A DNA stretch of 64,000 bases from Candidatus Woesearchaeota archaeon. Lineage in GTDB: Archaea > Nanobdellota > Nanobdellia > Woesearchaeales > JAFGPW01. Below are positions 1 to 10,306 of this stretch, in pieces; position 1 is the stretch's first letter; each line of letters opens with the position of its first letter. Location of the stretch: NCBI GenBank assembly GCA_016935985.1, contig JAFGPW010000002.1:65991-129990 (forward strand). The letters are read 5' to 3'. A program made the position numbers and the translations under genes. The notes beneath the pieces are model-generated. The model was not told where the DNA came from and searched no databases. It worked only from the letters and a program-made list of their open reading frames with translations.

Positions 1-2108
1 TACGTGTCGATGTTCTCGCTCTTCGTCTGGACGATGATATAGTTCTCCGGCTCCTTGAAGAGGTCGTAGTAGTAGGTCGCCCTGATGGAGACCGGGACGC
101 CGGGCATCCCCCACTCGCCGTACGGGCTGTCGTCGCTCGTGTAGAGGGTGATGGTCCCCATCGAGAGCACGCCGTCCTCCTCGAGCCGGTCCTGGATCTG
201 GTTGAAGCCCTCGAGGCTGTACTCGAGCGAGATGTCCTTGTTCACCGCGTGGCCGTGGAAGAAGACGACCGGATAGGCGGCAGGGTCGTCGCGGCATTCC
301 CCTGCCATGCAGCACGGCCCGCACTCGGCGAAGACGCAGCAGACCGGCTCCGGCTCGTCGAGGACGGGATCGGCCGTGGGCGAGCCGGTCTGCGGCGGGT
401 CGAGCGGCGCGAGGTCGACCGCCGGGATCGGCACCGCATCCGCGCTGATCGTGGTGCAGCGCGCGGGAAGCCCCTGAGCGATGAGCGAGACGTACGCGGG
501 GACGGGATCATAGGCAGGCGTACCGTTCCCTGCGGTCGCGTTCTCCCCGGTGGCGTTTCCCCCATCCTCATCGTCGATGGCAGGTGGGGCGCTCGCGTTC
601 GGCGCAGGGAAGGTGAAGTTCCGCGGCGCATAGGTCATGTTCCGGAGGATCGCGCTGACCTCGGCGCTGTTGCCGATGCCCGTCGGCACGCTCAGAAGGT
701 AGTCGCGCACGATGCCGTTCCTCGTCGTCGCGACGACGGATGAGAGGTTCTCCCAGAAGAGGCTGTCGTCCGGGTACGCCTGCGCGAGGTACGCGGCTCG
801 CAGGCTCCGGTTGAGGTGCTCGACCCTCGCGTTGAGCTCGTCCACCGCCTCGCAGACGTCGGCGAGGGAGAACGTGCCCTGCACCACCCTACTGTCAGGT
901 CCCGGGTGCGGGAAGCAGGAGCCCGTCAGCTCGCAGAGCGCGTCATACGAGACGTCGAGATCGAGGAGCCTCGTGAGCGCCTGCGTGAGGATGCGTCCCT
1001 CGAGGAGCTCGGCGATGAGCCCCGCCTCCGCCTCGGCTGCCTCCGCCGCCGTCTCCTGGGCGGCAAGCCCGCCCGGCGTACGGGCCGCATCGACCGCCTC
1101 CTGCAGCCGGGAGGAGAGAGCGGCGATGAGGTCGACGGATGACTGCGAGAGATAGTCCCTGCCGGCGAGGCCGATGAGCGTCTCCCTTGTCGAGATAAGC
1201 TTCGATACCGCGGCGTTCCTTCGCCCTATCAGCGACGCGAGTCCGCTCGCGAGGCTGTCGATCTCCGACATGAGGCTGTCGATCGCGGCGTCCTCATCCT
1301 CTACCGCCGTGAGCACGGCGTCGAACCGCTGCGCCTCCCACTCGCGAAGCGCATTCTCCGCCTCCGCCGCGAGCGACGCGAGGCTCAGGCTCGCATCGGC
1401 GAGGGAGGAGGCGAGCTTCTCGTCCTCGCCCGCCGCCGCGGCGAACGCGATGACGCCGTCGGCGAGCCCGTCGAGCCTCGTGCTGATGTTTCCGAGAGCG
1501 CGCAGCCGGGCGTCGAGCGCGTCATGGGCCTGTGCCTTCGCCGCCAGGTCATCGGCGTTGAGGGAGCGCATGACCGATATGACGACGCTCCGCGTCGTCG
1601 GCCTCGCCCCGGTCTCGCACAGGAAGCTCTTCTTCACGCCGGTGCAGGATATCGATAGCCGGTAGATGTCCTGGCCGGTCCCGTCGCGCCGGGCGGTGAC
1701 GTCGTAGTTCATGGTGTAGGGGTTGCCCGGCCGTATCTCGAACTCCTTCTCGTCGACCGTCTCGCCGGCGCCCAGGTCCTCGAACGTCTCGTGGCAAAAG
1801 GCGGAGCAGAAGGGGTTGGTGGTGACCTTCGCGGTCGCCGAGACGATCGCCGTCTGGCCGCGCTCGAGCGCGATCGAGGTCTGGTCGACGTCGAGGCTGA
1901 CCACTACATCGTTCCCTATCAGGAACAGGCCGTAGAGCGTGAGCTTGGTGCCGGTCGCGATGAAGATCAGCACGCCGAGGACGATGCCGATGGCGATCGG
2001 CCAGCGGTTGCGCCTGACCTGCTCGGTCACTCCGCTCATCGGGTCCTTGCCCCTCTTCCGCCGGAAGCCCTTCGGCGTTCCCCTCCTTTTCGACGCCGTC
2101 CGCGCCAT
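1..2108 (-). CDS. Large membrane-anchored protein with a probable C-terminal alpha/beta-hydrolase domain (partial, runs off the window start)
   Basis: Not in the ORF track. Manual translation from ATG 2108 gives MARTASKRRG..., a TM segment WPIAIGIVLGVLIFIA, a helical region, and near 240-280 PVVFFHGHAVNKDISLEYSLEGFNQIQ. A TATA-like TTTATATA lies on the minus strand near 2131-2138. Confidence 0.7.
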   Translation of the reverse strand, partial: MARTASKRRGTPKGFRRKRGKDPMSGVTEQVRRNRWPIAIGIVLGVLIFIATGTKLTLYGLFLIGNDVVVSLDVDQTSIALERGQTAIVSATAKVTTNPFCSAFCHETFEDLGAGETVDEKEFEIRPGNPYTMNYDVTARRDGTGQDIYRLSISCTGVKKSFLCETGARPTTRSVVISVMRSLNADDLAAKAQAHDALDARLRALGNISTRLDGLADGVIAFAAAAGEDEKLASSLADASLSLASLAAEAENALREWEAQRFDAVLTAVEDEDAAIDSLMSEIDSLASGLASLIGRRNAAVSKLISTRETLIGLAGRDYLSQSSVDLIAALSSRLQEAVDAARTPGGLAAQETAAEAAEAEAGLIAELLEGRILTQALTRLLDLDVSYDALCELTGSCFPHPGPDSRVVQGTFSLADVCEAVDELNARVEHLNRSLRAAYLAQAYPDDSLFWENLSSVVATTRNGIVRDYLLSVPTGIGNSAEVSAILRNMTYAPRNFTFPAPNASAPPAIDDEDGGNATGENATAGNGTPAYDPVPAYVSLIAQGLPARCTTISADAVPIPAVDLAPLDPPQTGSPTADPVLDEPEPVCCVFAECGPCCMAGECRDDPAAYPVVFFHGHAVNKDISLEYSLEGFNQIQDRLEEDGVLSMGTITLYTSDDSPYGEWGMPGVPVSIRATYYYDLFKEPENYIIVQTKSENIDT

Positions 2109-2167
2109 GGCCCCTGCCAGGCACCGCTCGTATATAAAGACTCCGTCCACCGACGGCGGCTGACGGG

Positions 2168-3511
2168 TCAGCACTGCCCCCGATCCAGCCGGACGAAGCA
2201 GTCCTTGAGCCAGACGAGCGCCACCAGGAGCGAGCCGGCAGAGCCGATGATCGCGGCGTACGCGACGCTCAGGTAGTCCCAGCCGAGGACGTAGACGAAG
2301 TAGAACGCGAAGGGGATCGCGAGCGCCACGATCCGCGTGAGGCTGATGACGAGCCCGGGCACGCCCTTGCCCATGCCCTGCATGGTCCTCGCGATGACGA
2401 GCGCCATCGCCATGAACGGGAGCGATATGACCGTGATGCGGATGTAGGGGATCCCCAGTGCGATGAGCGCGGCATCGGGCGTGAAGACCTGGATGAAGAG
2501 CCGGGGAAGGGCGAAGAACACGGCGCCGATCGCCGCGGTGAGGATGCCGGTGACCTTGACCGCGTACCAGGTGATGCGCTTGAGCTCCTCGTACCGCTTC
2601 GCGCCGTAGAGCATGCCGACGAGCGTGAGCGTCGCGATCGAGATCGCGACCATGGGCATGACGGTCAGGCTCTCCAGCCGCGCGCTGATGCCGAAGGTTG
2701 CGACGTGGAGCGTGCCGAATGCCGCCATGATCCGGTTGATGATGATGTTGTAGAGCGACATCAGGAGCATCCAGGCGGCGGCGGGGATGCCGACGACGAG
2801 GATGTCGCTGACGAGCTCCCAGCGGAAGCGGAACGAGCGCGGCCTGAGGTGGAGGTAGGACTTCCGGCGTATCTGGTGCAGCATGAAGAGGAGGCCGATG
2901 AGGAAGGCGTTGACCGTCGCGATCGCCGCGCCCTTCACGCCCCAGCCGAGGACATAGATGAATAACGGGTCGAGGACGACGTTGATGAGCAGCGCGACGA
3001 TGGTGACCTTCATCGGCGTCTTCGTGTCGCCCTGCGCGGTGAAGGTCTGATTGAGCAGGAACAGCGGGAACATCAGGAAGATGCCCCAGAGGATGATGCC
3101 CATGTAGTCCATCGCGAGCGCGAGCACCGTCCCTTCAGCCCCGAAGAGGACGAAGATGGGCCGCAGGAACGCCTTGCCCAGGAGGAATATCACGAGCCCG
3201 GTGCCGAGCGAGAGGAGGCCGGCGTGGAGCATGGCGTTCTCCGCCTCCTTCCTGTCCTTCTCGCCGAGGTACCTGCTGATCCGGGAATTCATCCCTGTCG
3301 CGAGCCCGGAGTTGATCGCCATCAGGATGAAGAAGAGCGGGAACGAGAACGTGAGCGCCGCGATCGCCTCAGGGCCGAGCCGGCCCACGAACGCGGTGTC
3401 GACGATGTTGTAGAGCGCCTGGGTGATCATCGCCACCATGATGGGGGCGGCCATGGAGAAGAGCGCCCTCTTGGGGTCTGCCGCGAACTCGTCGACCCTG
3501 TTCCTCGTCAT
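2168..3511 (-). CDS. MATE family efflux transporter
   Basis: 447 aa, about 12 TM segments, YNIVDTAFVGRLG and QGDTKTPM MATE motifs. Confidence 0.93.
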   Translation of the reverse strand: MTRNRVDEFAADPKRALFSMAAPIMVAMITQALYNIVDTAFVGRLGPEAIAALTFSFPLFFILMAINSGLATGMNSRISRYLGEKDRKEAENAMLHAGLLSLGTGLVIFLLGKAFLRPIFVLFGAEGTVLALAMDYMGIILWGIFLMFPLFLLNQTFTAQGDTKTPMKVTIVALLINVVLDPLFIYVLGWGVKGAAIATVNAFLIGLLFMLHQIRRKSYLHLRPRSFRFRWELVSDILVVGIPAAAWMLLMSLYNIIINRIMAAFGTLHVATFGISARLESLTVMPMVAISIATLTLVGMLYGAKRYEELKRITWYAVKVTGILTAAIGAVFFALPRLFIQVFTPDAALIALGIPYIRITVISLPFMAMALVIARTMQGMGKGVPGLVISLTRIVALAIPFAFYFVYVLGWDYLSVAYAAIIGSAGSLLVALVWLKDCFVRLDRGQC

Positions 3512-3550
3512 GGGCCGGAAAAACGCCTTCCCCTATAAAAGGCTTTACTA

Positions 3551-3699
3551 TCAGGACGGCCTCGTTGTGACTGCGGTCAGCGCCTGTCAGGCGAAGGCTT
3601 CGGTGAAGCCGATCCGGAGGCCGGAAGGGGGAATTCCCTCATAGGGATCCCGGCCCTTCTCGCGATCGGCGGGAGCCATAGCCTTGACGATGGTCCTGA
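3551..3699 (+). ncRNA. Candidate structured RNA/ssDNA element, copy 1 (family unknown)
   Basis: Closing stem TCAGGAC/GTCCTGA and serial hairpins. The 62-nt core 3590-3651 aligns without gaps to 14974-15035 (49/62 identical by manual count). Confidence 0.55.
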
Positions 3700-3708
3700 G
3701 GTTCCCGA

Positions 3709-5199
3709 TCAGCCGAGGAACTGCCTGATCCGCGCGGCCTTCAGCATCCCTTCCTGGATGCCGTGCGCGTCGTGCCTGCCGAGCGCGCGCACGACCTCAG
3801 CCGTCGCCGCGGCATGGCCGGCATCGGGTTCGCACGGGAACCGCTCCGCCACCGCTGTCGCGATCCGCCGGACCGGCGCCGGCAGGTCCTTCGCGAGCGC
3901 GGGGTTGTAGAACCGCAGCGAGTCGGCGAGGTCCTCGTCGAGCGTCGGGTAGAACCGGCGCAGCTCGTCTGTCGCCGCGCCGCTGAGGCAGGCCATGCCG
4001 AGGATCTCGGGCGGGAGGCCGAGGGAGTAGAGCGAGGCGGTGAAGCGGATCGCGCGGGGCAGCGCCACGCCGCCGGTCTTTCGCGAGTAGCCGAAGAGCC
4101 CGACGTGCAGCTTCCGTTTCCGCCGGTGCGGGACGAAGGGCGCTACCCTGTTGATCGCCGGCGCGAGGAGCCGGATCGCCCCCACATACTCCTTCTTGAT
4201 GGACCCGAAGATGGCGAGCGCCTTCTTCTCATCGGGGAAGATGGGCTCCCGGCGCCTGGTGCCGGCGACGGTCTCCACCGCTCCCATCACCTCGCGCGGC
4301 TGGTAATCGTACTTGAACGCCGATTGGACGGTGAACGTCTGGATGCTCGGGTAATTCTTCAGCATCCCCTTCACGTTCGCCGGCGTGAAGTTTCCGCGGA
4401 ACGGAGCCGATCCGCAGCCGATGATCGGGAGGATCGGCACGCCCGTCCGCTCCTGCAGCCGGTGCAGCCGGGCGAGCCCGACCTTGATCAGGATGACGGC
4501 GGCGGCGCTGCCATAGTTGAGGGCCGGGTCGCTCCGCGCGAACCACACCCGCTGCAGCTCGCTGATGCGCTCGTAGCGCATGTACCTCTCGGCGTAATCG
4601 TCGGCATGGAGGATCGCGTCCTCGGTCTCGAAGAGAGGGGTCATGCGGATGTCCTTCGGCATGAACCTGCCGAGCCACTTCGCGATCGTGATGTCGCCGC
4701 GGACGAGCCGCTCGTCCTGCTGGTTGACGATGTGCTGCTTGTAGTACTCGTGGATCCTGATGAGCGGCTTCTCGGAGAGGCACATCGGGACCACCACCTC
4801 GAAGATAGGAGGGATGTCCCTGCCGTAGAAGAGCCTGCCGAGGTCATGGTTGCGCGGGATCGACGAGAGCGCCTCGATGAGGACCTTGCCCTCCGCCTTC
4901 TCGACGTCGGGGTTCGGCACGCGGATGGTGAGCAGCTTGTCCTTTCCCAGCACGTTCTTCCGGAAGAAGCTCTCGTAGCGGGAGAAGAGCTTCTTCACCA
5001 CGAAGCCGTCGACCTCCTTCCCTTCAGCGTCCCAGAGCTGCTCGTCGATCCCCAGGTGCGAGAACGCGTAGAAGGCCTCCTGCACCTCCTCATCGCCCGC
5101 GATCACCGGGTCGCTCGAGAAGAACGGCGTGCTGACGTTGTCCGGGTGCTGGGTGGACATAAGCCGGGAGATCTTCGGCATCGCCTTCTGCGCGGCCAT
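3709..5199 (-). CDS. ppcA: Archaeal-type phosphoenolpyruvate carboxylase
   Basis: MSTQHPDN, WDAEGKEVD, RVPNP, ARSDPALNYG, GSAPFRG, LHVGLFGYSR and LPRAIRF motifs; 496 aa. Confidence 0.95.
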   Translation of the reverse strand: MAAQKAMPKISRLMSTQHPDNVSTPFFSSDPVIAGDEEVQEAFYAFSHLGIDEQLWDAEGKEVDGFVVKKLFSRYESFFRKNVLGKDKLLTIRVPNPDVEKAEGKVLIEALSSIPRNHDLGRLFYGRDIPPIFEVVVPMCLSEKPLIRIHEYYKQHIVNQQDERLVRGDITIAKWLGRFMPKDIRMTPLFETEDAILHADDYAERYMRYERISELQRVWFARSDPALNYGSAAAVILIKVGLARLHRLQERTGVPILPIIGCGSAPFRGNFTPANVKGMLKNYPSIQTFTVQSAFKYDYQPREVMGAVETVAGTRRREPIFPDEKKALAIFGSIKKEYVGAIRLLAPAINRVAPFVPHRRKRKLHVGLFGYSRKTGGVALPRAIRFTASLYSLGLPPEILGMACLSGAATDELRRFYPTLDEDLADSLRFYNPALAKDLPAPVRRIATAVAERFPCEPDAGHAAATAEVVRALGRHDAHGIQEGMLKAARIRQFLG

Positions 5200-6356
5200 C
5201 AGCGCATCAGCCCCTGCACGTATGTGCCGAGCCGGTCGAGCCCGTCGCCGAGCGCCTCTTCCCCGACGACGAAGCTGAGCCGGATGTTCGCATCGGCGCC
5301 GAAGGGCTTTCCCGGGACTGCCGCAACCCTCGCCTTCCCGAGGAGCCCTTCGCAGAACGGTACTGAGGCGAGGCCGGTCGCCGTGATGTCGGGGAAGGCG
5401 TAGAAGGCGCCTGCCGGCGGGACGATCCCCAGGCCCATCGCCTTGAGGCGGCGCACGACGAGGTCGCGCCGTGCCTTGTAGCCGCTCGCTATCTTCCGTA
5501 TCTCCGCCTGCGGGACAGAGAACGCCGCTTCCGCCATCCGCTGGGCGATCGAGCTCGGGTTCGAGGCCATGTGGCTCTGAAGCCGCATCATCGCCTTCGC
5601 GAGCTCGGGCGGCGCGCCGCAGTAGCCGATCCGCACGCCCGTCATCGCATACGTCTTCGAGACCGCGTTCACGGTGACGGCGCGCTCCCCTATCTCGTCA
5701 GAGAGCGAGGCGATGCTCACGTGCGGCGCGTCGTAGGAGAAATGCTCGTAGACCTCGTCGGCGATGATGAAGGCGCGGTCGCTCTCGCCGAGGCAGAGGT
5801 CGGCGATGCGCCTGAGCTCCGCCTTCGGGATGACGGACCCTGTCGGGTTATTCGGGTAGTTGAGCAGCACCGCCCTGGTCCGCTCCGTGATGCGGGGCAC
5901 GATGCTCTCCGCGGTGATCGCGAACCCTTCGGTCGTCGCGATGACGGGCTTGCCGTCTGCGAGCCGCACCTGCTCAGGGTAGCTGAGCCAGTACGGAGAG
6001 GGGATGATGACCTCGTCGCCGGGATCGCAGAGCGCGAGGAACACGTTCATGAGCGTGTGCTTCGCGCCGTTCGAGACGACGACCTGCTCAGGCGCATAGG
6101 CTATGCCGTTCTCGCGCGTGAACTTCTCAGCGATCGCCTGACGCAACGCGTCAGTGCCGGGGACCGGCGTGTACTGGGCGAAATTCTCGTCGATCGCGCG
6201 CTTCCCCGCCTGCCTGATGCCGGGGAAGAGGCCGAAGAAGGGCTCGCCTGCCGAGAGGTCGATGACATCCTCTCCCGCTGCCTTCATGGCCTTCGCCTTC
6301 GCCGAGATCGCGAGCGTCGCGCTCGGCGCGATCCCCCTCGCCCGTGCCGAGAACAT
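5199..6356 (-). CDS. aspC: PLP-dependent class I/II (aspartate) aminotransferase
   Basis: NYPNNPTG, DEVYE and SKTYAMTGVRIG (PLP lysine). The start is placed at MFSARARG, downstream of a TATA box. The stop overlaps the ppcA start. Confidence 0.88.
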   Translation of the reverse strand: MFSARARGIAPSATLAISAKAKAMKAAGEDVIDLSAGEPFFGLFPGIRQAGKRAIDENFAQYTPVPGTDALRQAIAEKFTRENGIAYAPEQVVVSNGAKHTLMNVFLALCDPGDEVIIPSPYWLSYPEQVRLADGKPVIATTEGFAITAESIVPRITERTRAVLLNYPNNPTGSVIPKAELRRIADLCLGESDRAFIIADEVYEHFSYDAPHVSIASLSDEIGERAVTVNAVSKTYAMTGVRIGYCGAPPELAKAMMRLQSHMASNPSSIAQRMAEAAFSVPQAEIRKIASGYKARRDLVVRRLKAMGLGIVPPAGAFYAFPDITATGLASVPFCEGLLGKARVAAVPGKPFGADANIRLSFVVGEEALGDGLDRLGTYVQGLMR

Positions 6357-6754
6357 GGGCCGTTCGTGCGGAGGGGCAGGTATATAATGGTTTCTAATCG
6401 GATTGGCGTCGTGGGGAAGGAAAGGCAATGGTTATTTACGCGGCTCACGTCAGTCGGGCATCATGCCTATCGCTCGCGGGAGCGGGTGGCATGGCATGCT
6501 GCGGATCCTGGAATAAGGCCGCCAAGAAGAGGAGATGAGATAGCAGGGGACAAGGGCCCCCACCGGTCATGTTGCCCTTTATCCCCCTCATTTCCGCATC
6601 GGTCCATCGATGATCGCCCGGTCCCGGCCAGGCATGGGCTCACGGCCGTCATCCTCGACGCCGTCGATCGCGCACATGTCGACCGCGATCTCGCCTCTCT
6701 CGCCCCTGATGCGCTTCACGCACCGGGCCTGCTCCGCTGCGGGGACCGGTCCCA

Positions 6755-6880
6755 TCAGTCTATCAGTCTCCGCAGCTCGTCGCTGCTCGGGACCGTGTGG
6801 TACGTCTCCCAATGGAGTATCCTGAGCTCCTTCTCGACGAGCCCTGCCTGGTATTCCTGGCTTGCCCTGCGGGTACGCAT
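6755..6880 (-). CDS. Small hypothetical protein (41 aa)
   Basis: MRTRRASQEYQAGLVEKELRILHWETYHTVPSSDELRRLID, preceded by a GAGGTGG RBS-like motif. Confidence 0.4.
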   Translation of the reverse strand: MRTRRASQEYQAGLVEKELRILHWETYHTVPSSDELRRLID

Positions 6881-7022
6881 GCCGACCACCTCTCATTCTC
6901 GACGGTGCCGATCGCACCGGGGATTACTCCAGGCGCAGCATCCTTAAATACCATCGGGAGGACCAGTCGCGTGCGCGATTGCACAAACCTTAAATACCAC
7001 ACCCGACTTAACGCGGGAACGC

Positions 7023-7691
7023 ATGGCCCATCTCCCCTTCTGCCCCGCGTGGTTCAGCGGCTTCGACATCATCCTGCAGTCGGTGTTCGCGATCGTCTCG
7101 CTCCTCGTCTCGCTCCTCGCGTTCAGGGTGCACCGCGCGACGTCGGCAAAGCCTGCGCGGATGTTCGGCCTATCCTTCCTCGCGATCGGGCTCTCCTACC
7201 TCATCCAGGCGCTCTTCAACCTCCTGGTCTGGTCGGGCACCGACCACTCGGTCTGCGCATCCATCGAGCAGCTCACCGAGTCGATCCTCTACGACATCGG
7301 CCTGTACTCCCATATGGCGCTGATGACCGCAGGCCTCGCGCTCCTCGCCTACATGACCTTCCGGGTGGCGAAGGCGCGCATCTACCTCATGCTCCTCTCG
7401 GTGGCGGTGGTGGCGATCATCACGTCCCGAAACCCTCTCGCGGTCTTCGCGATGGTGTCGTCCGTGCTCCTCGCGTTCATCGCCTGGCATTTCATCGGGA
7501 ACTGGCGCGAGCACCGGAGCGCGCTGACGCTGCTCGTTGCCGCCGGCTTCCTCTTCATGCTCGTCGGCGAGGCGCTGCTGATCTTCACCTACGAGGACCC
7601 GCTGTTCTACGCGGTGGGACACCTGCTCGAGATGGTGGCATACCTGCTCATGCTCGCAAACCTCATCCTGGTGATCCGCAACCATGGCTAA
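7023..7691 (+). CDS. Multi-pass (about 7 TM) membrane protein
   Basis: Hydrophobic 222-aa ORF overlapping the downstream HTH gene. Confidence 0.8.
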   Translation: MAHLPFCPAWFSGFDIILQSVFAIVSLLVSLLAFRVHRATSAKPARMFGLSFLAIGLSYLIQALFNLLVWSGTDHSVCASIEQLTESILYDIGLYSHMALMTAGLALLAYMTFRVAKARIYLMLLSVAVVAIITSRNPLAVFAMVSSVLLAFIAWHFIGNWREHRSALTLLVAAGFLFMLVGEALLIFTYEDPLFYAVGHLLEMVAYLLMLANLILVIRNHG

Positions 7692-7962
7692 GAAACGGGA
7701 CCGGCTCGAGATCATCCACGACATCCTGCTCGTGATCCGCGAGAAGGGCGACCGCATCAAGCCCACGCACATACTCTACAAGTCCAATCTCTCCTACCAG
7801 ATGCTCACCGACTACCTCAACGAGCTCATAGGGAAAGGCCTGATCCTCACAAAGGAGGACAAGAAGGGGAAGAGGACCTATGCGCTCACCGACAAGGGCT
7901 ACAGGTTCCTCACCGAGTTCAAGATGATCCGGGATTTCCTGGAATCCTACGGCCTCGACTGA
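7684..7962 (+). CDS. Archaeal winged-helix transcription regulator
   Basis: RDRLEIIHDIL...KPTHILYKSNLSY...YALTDKG pattern. Confidence 0.88.
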   Translation: MAKKRDRLEIIHDILLVIREKGDRIKPTHILYKSNLSYQMLTDYLNELIGKGLILTKEDKKGKRTYALTDKGYRFLTEFKMIRDFLESYGLD

Positions 7963-8304
7963 TCAAGGGCCTGCGCAGCAGGGGGTTCAGGCCTGAGCAG
8001 CACTCCCTGAAGACATCGAAGACCTCCTTCTCGATGTTCCGGTACGGGACATTGACCATGCTCGCCACCTCCTTTTTTTCGGGCTGCGCGGTGCCTGCCA
8101 TCACCTTATCGTGTGGCGTCGTGAGGCCTCATCTCGCGGAAAGGCCGAACAGCCACGGCGACGGCGAGGCGGGACACCGAGCAAGGTATCGTCAGTCGGT
8201 ATACAGATGTATATACTGTTATAGCATTCTTTTATAAATAGTCTCGGAAACTGGGTTCCTCACCTCACTTCCACAAACCTTAAATAGCATAGGAACATTC
8301 TTAT

Positions 8305-8319
8305 CAATAATTATTATCA
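8305..8319. promoter_or_regulatory. Fur/PerR-box-like 7-1-7 operator
   Basis: The minus strand reads TGATAAT-A-ATTATTG, against the consensus TGATAATnATTATCA. It lies between a TATA-like TTAAATA (about 8280) and the Fur-family gene. Confidence 0.6.
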
Positions 8320-8336
8320 ATAAGGGTGGTGACTCG

Positions 8337-8750
8337 ATGGCATCGACACGGAACACGCCCCAGCGTGAAGCGATCCTCGCCTACCTGCAAAGCGTCCACA
8401 CCCATCCGACAGCGGAGGAGGTGCATGCCGCGGTCAGCAGGAAGCTGCTGTCCATCGCGCTCGCCACTGTCTACCGGAACCTCAACCTGCTCGCCGAGCG
8501 CGGCATCATCCACCGCCATCAGATCGGCGGGGGCTACCGCTATGACGCCGACCTCGCGGCGCACGAGCACTGCGTGTGCACCTCCTGCGGCGGGATCTAC
8601 GATGTCCCGGCCGAGGATATAGAGGCTGCGGCGACCCGGCATATCGACCGGAAGCGGTTCGTTCCCGACCACGTCGAGGTGACGGTCTACGGTGTGTGCG
8701 CGAAGTGCGATCACGATACAGACACGATACGAAAGGTGAAACCAACATGA
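8337..8750 (+). CDS. Fur/PerR family transcriptional repressor
   Basis: TPQREAIL, HPTAEEV, LATVYRNL, HEHCVCTSCG and GVCAKC motifs. Confidence 0.93.
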   Translation: MASTRNTPQREAILAYLQSVHTHPTAEEVHAAVSRKLLSIALATVYRNLNLLAERGIIHRHQIGGGYRYDADLAAHEHCVCTSCGGIYDVPAEDIEAAATRHIDRKRFVPDHVEVTVYGVCAKCDHDTDTIRKVKPT

Positions 8751-8911
8751 AAACAAGCAAACCGACGACACGGATGCTGCGCCAGGGCATGCTCGAACGC
8801 TACAGCTGCGACGAGCTCTGCTACATCGGCGCGAAACAGGGGCTCGATGAGCCTGCGATGGAAGAGCTCGCTTTCAAGGGTTGCCCTCCCTGCTTCGGAC
8901 AGGATGAGTGA
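8747..8911 (+). CDS. Small Cys-containing hypothetical protein
   Basis: ATGA overlap with the Fur stop, GGTGA RBS, 54 aa with CDELC and CPPC. Confidence 0.55.
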   Translation: MKTSKPTTRMLRQGMLERYSCDELCYIGAKQGLDEPAMEELAFKGCPPCFGQDE

Positions 8912-8914
8912 GCG

Positions 8915-9166
8915 ATGGCGAGGCTCATCCGCGGCAACCGGACCGAGGAGATCCCCGACGGCAGCAGGATCGTCGAGGCGGCGGGACGGCTCGGCGTCCC
9001 CTTCGGCTGCTACGAAGGGGTCTGCGGCGCCTGCCGCATCGAGATCGAATCCGGTATGGAGAACCTCTCCCCGCTCACCGGGCACGAGGAGGAGCAGGGC
9101 TGCAGCGGCACAGAACGCCTTGCGTGCCAGTGCACGATCGCCGGCGGAGAGGCAAGGATTAAATAG
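8915..9166 (+). CDS. 2Fe-2S ferredoxin
   Basis: GCYEGVCGAC...RLACQC. Confidence 0.9.
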   Translation: MARLIRGNRTEEIPDGSRIVEAAGRLGVPFGCYEGVCGACRIEIESGMENLSPLTGHEEEQGCSGTERLACQCTIAGGEARIK

Positions 9167-9201
9167 GGGGAGGCATTCAGGCCTCATCGAGGGTGAATAC
9201 C

Positions 9202-9663
9202 ATGAAAACGACCAAGGTATCAAAACAGCTCATCGATATGCTCAACAGGGCGCTCGAGTCCGAGCACCAGGCGAACATGCAGTACCTGAGCCATGCCGAG
9301 CTCGTCGACGGCGAGAACGCCGAGGCCGTCATCGCGCGTCTCAAGGAGATCGCGTCCGACGAGGCCGAGCACGCGACGAAGTTCAGGGAGATGATCGGCG
9401 CCTACCTCGGCGGCACGCCCTCCATGAAAGCGGCGCCCGCGAAGGCGGCGAAGACGGTGAAGGAGATCCTCACCGCCAATCTCGCCGACGAGCGCGAGGC
9501 GGTCGAGCTCTACGGCGAGATCATGGAGCTGCTCAGGAAAGAGCGGGACAACCTGCCCTACGCCTACATGAAGCTCGAGCACCTCCTCCGCCACGTCATC
9601 ATGGACGAGATGGAGCACATCACCGAGCTCAAGAACCTGCTCGGCGAAGGGCCGGAGGACTGA
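9202..9663 (+). CDS. Ferritin-like (bacterioferritin/Dps-like) protein
   Basis: ESEHQANMQY, DEAEHA, DEREAVELY and DEMEH diiron motifs. Confidence 0.85.
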   Translation: MKTTKVSKQLIDMLNRALESEHQANMQYLSHAELVDGENAEAVIARLKEIASDEAEHATKFREMIGAYLGGTPSMKAAPAKAAKTVKEILTANLADEREAVELYGEIMELLRKERDNLPYAYMKLEHLLRHVIMDEMEHITELKNLLGEGPED

Positions 9664-9721
9664 AACAGGCCTTCCCCTTCCCTTTTACCCGTTCATATCC
9701 CTCTCCCGGAGACGATCGACC

Positions 9722-10219
9722 ATGGAACTGAAAGAGGCGATGCAAAAGGCCCTCGCGTTCGAGAAGAAGGGCCACGGAATCTATATGGAGGCGGCGAAGG
9801 CGACCGCCAACCCGGTGGTGAATAAGACCTTCACCTACCTCGCCGAGCAGGAGCTGCGGCACGTCGAGGCGATCGAGGACTACCTCAAGACTGGCGATCT
9901 CCACGCCGAGGCGCTCGGCGACGACGAGGAGAGGACTGCGGAGTTCTTCACCATGACGACCGAGGAGTTCAAGGAGCGCACCGCGCTCTCCGCCGACGAC
10001 GTCAAGGCGCACGAGACCGCGCTCCATCTCGAGAAGGAGAGCTACGACTTCTACGCGGAGGCGCTCGCCGACGCGGAGGGGCAGGCGACGAAGGACTTCC
10101 TCGTCTTCCTGATGGAGCAGGAGAACGCGCACTATAAGCTGATATCCCGCGCGTACGAGTACGTCAGCGACCCGGTCTCCTTCCACGCCCAGCACGAGGG
10201 CTGGCTGTTCGAGGGCTGA
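9722..10219 (+). CDS. Rubrerythrin/ferritin family protein
   Basis: FEKKG..EQELRH and LEKESYDFY..EQENAHY paired ExxH motifs. Confidence 0.85.
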   Translation: MELKEAMQKALAFEKKGHGIYMEAAKATANPVVNKTFTYLAEQELRHVEAIEDYLKTGDLHAEALGDDEERTAEFFTMTTEEFKERTALSADDVKAHETALHLEKESYDFYAEALADAEGQATKDFLVFLMEQENAHYKLISRAYEYVSDPVSFHAQHEGWLFEG

Positions 10220-10306
10220 TCCCGACAGCCGTTAAGGATCTCTGTTCCCTACCCTCCTTCCCTATCCTTTATATCCCTCCGTCTCAGCGATGATCCCACC
10301 AAGGAG

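Noticed and set aside
3551..3699. SRP RNA or tRNA identity for the structured element
   Set aside because: It lacks the SRP helix 8 AGCAG/AGCAA context and the tRNA T-arm/acceptor pattern, and a second divergent copy exists.
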